A stretch of DNA of 64,000 nt, taken from NCBI GenBank assembly GCA_044359535.1, contig JBIKLZ010000002.1, positions 42,479 to 106,478 of the forward strand, given 5' to 3'. The translations under genes and the position numbers were made by a program. Positions 59,200 to 64,000 of this stretch are shown here, piece after piece (positions within the stretch are counted from its first letter, which is position 1; each line of letters opens with the position of its first letter). Source of the DNA: Chlamydiia bacterium. Lineage in GTDB: Bacteria > Chlamydiota > Chlamydiia > Chlamydiales > 2-12-FULL-49-11. The notes beneath the pieces are model-generated. The model did no database searches. It worked only from the letters and a program-made list of their open reading frames with translations, and was not told the origin of the DNA.

Positions 59200-59676
59200 T
59201 TAAATATTAAGTGCAGCTACAAGAAAAATCAGTGATACAGCAAGCGCTTGATCTGTACCTAGGAGTGTTAGATATTCATAGGATAACCATGTAATAAAAG
59301 ACCCTGACAGGGGTAAAAATACTAATGCAACAGGGAGGTTAAAAGTGCAGATGTGTTTAATAAAAAGGAGCATAGTGGTTTCCAAACTGTTTATAAAAAA
59401 CTGATCTATATAGTTGACGCCAACACCTCCTTGAACTCCTGATATTGAAGAACATAAGGCGAATACACAAAACAGACGTAGATCTTTTCTTTGGATCTTT
59501 AAAAGGCCGGTTTTTCCTATGATCAAAGCTGTAGAAATACCGATTAAATAACCGGCCATAGCATGTGGCGTTGTTTTCATGGCAGGGTCCCCTTTATAGT
59601 GGTTTAAGGCATCACCTAATGAGTCAAAAAAGGTGTTACAGGTTTTTGGATCAAAAACGGTTAAACAAGTGTTCAT
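59200..59676 (-). CDS. Small hydrophobic membrane protein, tandem paralog
   Basis: MNTCLTVFDPKTC, AGYLIG; start moved to 59676 (AAGGA upstream). Confidence 0.55.
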   Translation of the reverse strand: MNTCLTVFDPKTCNTFFDSLGDALNHYKGDPAMKTTPHAMAGYLIGISTALIIGKTGLLKIQRKDLRLFCVFALCSSISGVQGGVGVNYIDQFFINSLETTMLLFIKHICTFNLPVALVFLPLSGSFITWLSYEYLTLLGTDQALAVSLIFLVAALNI

Positions 59677-59744
59677 AAAATTTTCCTTAGTGAATATAAA
59701 ATGTAAAGAGTATAAAGGATTTAGATTTGATGTCAAAGAATGAA

Positions 59745-59773
59745 TTGAAGGATAAAAAAGAATCTTGTACTTT
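59745..59773 (+). promoter_or_regulatory. Putative promoter, leaderless geometry
   Basis: TTGAAG-17 nt-TACTTT-7 nt-ATG. Confidence 0.5.
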
Positions 59774-59780
59774 TGAGACT

Positions 59781-60356
59781 ATGATCCCAAGGACTTTTTT
59801 TTTCTTGCTTCTTAGTATAAGTGCTCTTACTGCCCTTGAAAAGGATAACCGAGTGTACATCCATGGCTATGATAATAGGGTTTTATCTAAAACAGTGCCT
59901 AAGCTTCCAAAGCCATGGATGTGGACAGCTCGCTTGAAAGTGGATCGATCTTTGAGTGTTGGACTGGAGCGTGAACTTATTCACAATAGCTATGGAGCTA
60001 TTTTTATGGGGGCAAATCTTTCTTATTTTGAAACGCTGTATTCGATACCTGATGAAATGACAGCTGTAAGTGTTTATCTACTTTCTCGACTCTATATTAT
60101 AAAAAGAAAAGGTGTGGAGCTATTTGTTCTTTATAGTCCAGCAGGCCCTACCATGCTTTCTCAAAAAGTCTTTTCTACAACTCAATGGTCCCTACCTTTT
60201 GTTTTTCAAAATCAAATTGGCTTTGGATTGTATCTAAAAAACTACGCAGATCTTGAATGTACAATTAAACAGTGTCATTACTCAAACGGAGACTTGTTTC
60301 CAAAAAATGGGGGGGTCGATATTCCCCTCTCTGTAGGTTTAAGCTTTAGATTTTAA
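59781..60356 (+). CDS. PagL-like lipid A 3-O-deacylase / acyloxyacyl hydrolase beta-barrel
   Basis: Signal peptide; FQNQIGFG; HYSNGDLFPKNGG His-Ser motif; terminal FRF. Confidence 0.75.
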   Translation: MIPRTFFFLLLSISALTALEKDNRVYIHGYDNRVLSKTVPKLPKPWMWTARLKVDRSLSVGLERELIHNSYGAIFMGANLSYFETLYSIPDEMTAVSVYLLSRLYIIKRKGVELFVLYSPAGPTMLSQKVFSTTQWSLPFVFQNQIGFGLYLKNYADLECTIKQCHYSNGDLFPKNGGVDIPLSVGLSFRF

Positions 60357-60362
60357 AGAATT

Positions 60363-61379
60363 TTAATCGTACCGCTTTCCATCGATTTGTGCAAGCGCCT
60401 TAATTTTTAAGGAGAGCTCTTCGACACCAAGATGCTCTTTTGCAGAAATAGCAATGATCTCTTTTTTTTCTCCAGTGAATCTGTCTGTAAAGGCCTTAAT
60501 GTGTTGCTCTGACCCCTCAAGTTCACATTTGTTAAGGACAATAATGGATGGGCGGTCAAGAAGGGATGGATTGTGTTCAAAAAGTTCGTTTTTTAAGATT
60601 AAATAGTCCTCAATAGGGTCTGAAATCTCACCAAGAGGGGCTACATCAATAATAAACACTAAAGCTTTACTCCGTTCAATATGCTTTAAAAAAGCAAGCC
60701 CCAGTCCCCGATTCTTGTGTGCATCTTTGATAATTCCTGGAATATCTGCAATATAGACTCGAGAGTAATCCTCATACTCAAGAAAGGAAAGATTGGGTTT
60801 TAAAGTAGTAAAAGGATAGTTTCCAATTTTTACATCCGTTGCTGTAAGAGCTTTCATTAAGGTGGACTTTCCTGCATTGGGAAGACCTACAAACCCCACA
60901 TCTGCTATGATTTTTAATTCTAGGGAAATTGTCATCTCTTCTCCAAACTTTCCAGGAGTGGATTGTCTGGGTGCCCTATTTGTAGGGCTTTTAAAAGTGG
61001 TGTTTCCAAGACCCCCTATGCCCCCTTCAATCAAGTGAAATGTCGTTCCAAGATCGGTAAGATCTGCAAGGACCTCTTGCGTCTCAGCATTTATAACAAT
61101 AGTTCCTGGAGGGACTGCAATGGTATAATCTTTTCCATTTTTCCCTGTTCTGTTGTTAGAACCCCCATCAGCCCCTTTTTCAGCTAAAATTTGCTTTTTT
61201 CCACGTAAATGGTCTAAACAATAGATGTTTTTTGCAACATGAAGTTTTACAGATCCCCCTTTACCCCCATTGCCACCACAAGGCCCCCCTTTTGGGATAT
61301 ATTTTGCCCGCTTCCAAGCAATCACCCCATTGCCTCCCTTACCTGATACGCATTTAAGCTTTGTAAAATCTGTAAACAT
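60363..61379 (-). CDS. obgE: GTPase Obg
   Basis: GGPCGGNGGKGG, GLPNAGKST, YPFTTL, DIPG, NKCE. Confidence 0.97.
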   Translation of the reverse strand: MFTDFTKLKCVSGKGGNGVIAWKRAKYIPKGGPCGGNGGKGGSVKLHVAKNIYCLDHLRGKKQILAEKGADGGSNNRTGKNGKDYTIAVPPGTIVINAETQEVLADLTDLGTTFHLIEGGIGGLGNTTFKSPTNRAPRQSTPGKFGEEMTISLELKIIADVGFVGLPNAGKSTLMKALTATDVKIGNYPFTTLKPNLSFLEYEDYSRVYIADIPGIIKDAHKNRGLGLAFLKHIERSKALVFIIDVAPLGEISDPIEDYLILKNELFEHNPSLLDRPSIIVLNKCELEGSEQHIKAFTDRFTGEKKEIIAISAKEHLGVEELSLKIKALAQIDGKRYD

Positions 61380-61444
61380 ACTTAATTTTTGTCCTTGGTA
61401 ATTTTTAGCTAGACACCTTTTTTATATAAATATCTAGCTGCTTA

Positions 61445-61696
61445 TTACGCTACAGCTTCAACAGAAACAAAGACCCTTTTTCCCTTTTTGAAGGTCACTT
61501 TACCATCAATTAAAGCAAAAATTGTAAAATCTCTTCCTAAACCTACACCCATCCCTGGATGAAATTTTGTTCCATGTTGACGAATGATAATATTTCCAGC
61601 TTTAACTTCTTGTCCGCCAGATTTTTTTACCCCAAGTCTTTGAGCATTAGAATCTCTTCCGTTTCTTGAGGCCCCTTGTCCTTTTTTATGTGCCAT
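61445..61696 (-). CDS. rpmA: 50S ribosomal protein L27
   Basis: [16 protein letters not shown]. Confidence 0.99.
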   Translation of the reverse strand: MAHKKGQGASRNGRDSNAQRLGVKKSGGQEVKAGNIIIRQHGTKFHPGMGVGLGRDFTIFALIDGKVTFKKGKRVFVSVEAVA

Positions 61697-62013
61697 TATG
61701 CAGCTCCCTTAATTTCTAGAACTCTTACTCGTGATTGCTTTTGTCTATGCCCTTTTTTAACTCGGTGATTATGTCTTCGTGTGTATTTGTATATAATTAA
61801 TTTTTCATCTTTTACTGTTGAGATCATCTCAGCTTCAACGACAGCATTTTGTACTGTTGGGGCGCCGATATGAATGGTTTTTCCATCATCTAAAAGAAGG
61901 ACAGAGTCAAAAATGATTTTTTCGCCATCTTTATGATCTAGGAGTTCAACATCTAAAATATCCCCAGCTTTTACAGCATATTGCTTGCCGCCGGTTTTAA
62001 TAATTGCTTTCAT
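61696..62013 (-). CDS. rplU: 50S ribosomal protein L21
   Basis: [15 protein letters not shown]. Confidence 0.98.
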   Translation of the reverse strand: MKAIIKTGGKQYAVKAGDILDVELLDHKDGEKIIFDSVLLLDDGKTIHIGAPTVQNAVVEAEMISTVKDEKLIIYKYTRRHNHRVKKGHRQKQSRVRVLEIKGAA

Positions 62014-62027
62014 TTGCTTATCCTTGG

Positions 62028-62882
62028 TTATTTTTCAGGAAATGATACCAGAAGCTTCTTTAGTGGTAAAGATAAAAAATAGAAACAAGTGGTAATCAAG
62101 GCAATTGTTGCCCCAATGGGCCAATTAAAGAGGTAGGATAGGTACGTTCCTATCATAGACATCATACAAGAAAGGGCAATAGCTAGAAAAATCATTTTTG
62201 AAAGGGATCTTGTAAAAATATTAGCAATGGCTGCAGGTAAACAAAGCATTGAGATCACAAGGATAGCTCCAATTACTTGAATGAGTATAACAATTGTTAG
62301 ACAAATTAAGGATAAAAGGAAGAAATAAAGGAGGGTTACAGGTTGTTTTTGAATATAGGCATTGATTTCATCAAAACAGATGGCAAGAAATCGTTTGTGT
62401 AAAAAAATACTTGAAATGAGAATAATACTATTTAGAATTAAAAGCAGATACAACTCTCGATGACTTGCCCATAATAGATTTCCAAATAAAAAGTTCATTA
62501 GTTCAGCATTAGATCCTGGGGTGATTGAAATTAAAATGACCCCTACAGCCATTCCAATAGACCAAATGGCAGCAATGACAGAGTCTACCCTTTGTTTATA
62601 TTTTAGGTGGACCCATCCGATGATAAATCCAAAGAAAAATGCTGAGACTATTGCCCCAAAAAGAGGAGAAAACAGGGGGTTGAGGGTGTAATAGTGAAGG
62701 TATAATGAAATCCCAATACCCCCTAAAACGGCATGGGCAATACTTCCAGAGATGAAAACAACCCGTTTTGCAACAGTGTAGCTACCGATAATGCCACTAC
62801 CTAAAGAGGCTAAAAGGCCGGCAAAAAGGGCCATTTGTAAAAAGGGATTGGTTGAAAGAGCATAAAAAAAAGAATCATTCAT
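62028..62882 (-). CDS. Mn/Zn/Fe ABC transporter permease (ABC-3)
   Basis: SIAHAVLGG, FLFGNLL, IGAILV, PAAIA. Confidence 0.92.
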   Translation of the reverse strand: MNDSFFYALSTNPFLQMALFAGLLASLGSGIIGSYTVAKRVVFISGSIAHAVLGGIGISLYLHYYTLNPLFSPLFGAIVSAFFFGFIIGWVHLKYKQRVDSVIAAIWSIGMAVGVILISITPGSNAELMNFLFGNLLWASHRELYLLLILNSIILISSIFLHKRFLAICFDEINAYIQKQPVTLLYFFLLSLICLTIVILIQVIGAILVISMLCLPAAIANIFTRSLSKMIFLAIALSCMMSMIGTYLSYLFNWPIGATIALITTCFYFLSLPLKKLLVSFPEK

Positions 62883-63600
62883 GGGAGCAACCCTCCTCTT
62901 CAGAGTGAAAAAGACCTAGTTCCATATGTTTACATAAAGCCTCATCTTTAAGTGGACAGACCCCTTTTTCAACTAAGTAGACATGATCGGCTTTTTTTAA
63001 TAGGTGGGAAATAACGTGGGTGATTAAAAGGATGGTCTTTTTCCCTGCAAGCTCATCTATTAAAGAAATAATTGTTTTAGAAGAAGAAAAATCAAGCCCT
63101 GATAAAGGTTCATCAAAAATGAGTATATCGGGATTAGAGACCAAAGCGCGTGCAATAATTGCTTTTTGAAGTTGCCCCCCAGAGAGCCCCCCAATAGGTT
63201 GGCTTTTTAACCCCTCTAGGTTAAATTTTTTTAAGATTTCTTCTGTTTTTTTAGAAGAACTCCTTTTCCAGACCCCATACCAAGGGAGTTCAGAAAGAAG
63301 CCCTTGTTGAACAAATTCAAAAAGGGATAAGGGGAACATGGGATCAAATTCTAAACGTTGAGGAATGTACCCAAAACGGTTTTTAGAGATTTTTGGAGTC
63401 TGTCCAAAAATTTTTAAAAAGCCTTTTCTTGGGACTAAAATGCCCATGATACATTTGATTAAAGTGGTTTTTCCTCCTCCATTGGGGCCTAAAAAGACAG
63501 TGAAACTGTTTTCATCTAGTGAGAGGGAAACGTTACTTAAAACATCGGTTTTATCATACCTAAACGATAGATTTTCAATTTTAATTACATGTTTTGACAT
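62875..63600 (-). CDS. Metal ABC transporter ATP-binding protein
   Basis: GPNGGGKTT, GYIPQ, LSGGQ, FDEP. Confidence 0.93.
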   Translation of the reverse strand: MSKHVIKIENLSFRYDKTDVLSNVSLSLDENSFTVFLGPNGGGKTTLIKCIMGILVPRKGFLKIFGQTPKISKNRFGYIPQRLEFDPMFPLSLFEFVQQGLLSELPWYGVWKRSSSKKTEEILKKFNLEGLKSQPIGGLSGGQLQKAIIARALVSNPDILIFDEPLSGLDFSSSKTIISLIDELAGKKTILLITHVISHLLKKADHVYLVEKGVCPLKDEALCKHMELGLFHSEEEGCSHE

Positions 63601-63647
63601 AATGTTCCATTGAGCAAATGGATACGATTATAGAAAAAGAGGGCTCT

Positions 63648-63998
63648 TTATTCAAGAAGATAAATTTTGTCCCGATTCATTTCAAAGGATGTGGCCTTTT
63701 TACCCCCTGAATTTTTTTCGCAAGTAGAAGGGGGAGCCTCTTTATTAGAATTTTTTTTCTCCCGAATCTGGAGGAGGGTTTTTAAAGAGGCAGTTAAAAC
63801 AGTACGTTCTTCCCTAGAAGTTTTAACAAGGGAGTACTCAGGGATGAGGGATTGAATTTTTTTTTCTAACTCTTGGACCTTTGTGTCGGTATAATCTAGA
63901 CAGGGAGTTTTTATCGCTCTATCGGTAAAGGGGCTATTTTTTAAGGTAATAAGATAATCCCCCCCTTTATTCGTAGTTGGGGATAAGATTTTAGAAGA
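63648..63998 (-). CDS. C-terminal part of a hypothetical protein (runs off window end)
   Basis: Manual translation is open from the edge: SSKILSPTTNKGGDY...MNRDKIYLLE*. Confidence 0.5.
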   Translation of the reverse strand, partial: SSKILSPTTNKGGDYLITLKNSPFTDRAIKTPCLDYTDTKVQELEKKIQSLIPEYSLVKTSREERTVLTASLKTLLQIREKKNSNKEAPPSTCEKNSGGKKATSFEMNRDKIYLLE

Positions 63999-64000
63999 AA

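Noticed and set aside
62028-64000. Metal ABC transporter lacking its substrate-binding gene
   Set aside because: The upstream ORF is cut by the window edge and the binding protein may lie just outside; this cannot be judged here

Overview
AT-rich chromosomal segment of an environmental member of the phylum Chlamydiota. The assignment rests on chlamydial gene order and families: sctJ-(sctK-like)-sctL-sctR-sctS-sctT, a CT582/CT583-type parA-pGP6 pair, rpsL-rpsG-fusA-rpsJ (no tuf) beside tsp, rluB/gpmA-nifS-nifU/birA/rodA, mcsA-mcsB, and metal ABC-rplU-rpmA-obgE. Other core functions are ispD (partial), rmlCDB-kdsB, sufBCDS, glgP, pit, ackA-pta and one tRNA-Phe(GAA). Lineage-specific genes are inserted in this backbone: a helical protein with a C-terminal RAP/FASTK-like domain, four glycosyltransferase-like proteins that all have signal-peptide-like N-termini, a tandem array of four MOMP-like beta-barrels, several Inc-like paralog pairs, four SAM methyltransferases and a PagL-like deacylase. 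Non-coding signals include promoters placed to give leaderless mRNAs and a terminator plus structured spacer between rpsG and fusA. I saw no CRISPR array, transposase, integrase or phage genes. All calls come from reading motifs and synteny by eye; no searches were run.
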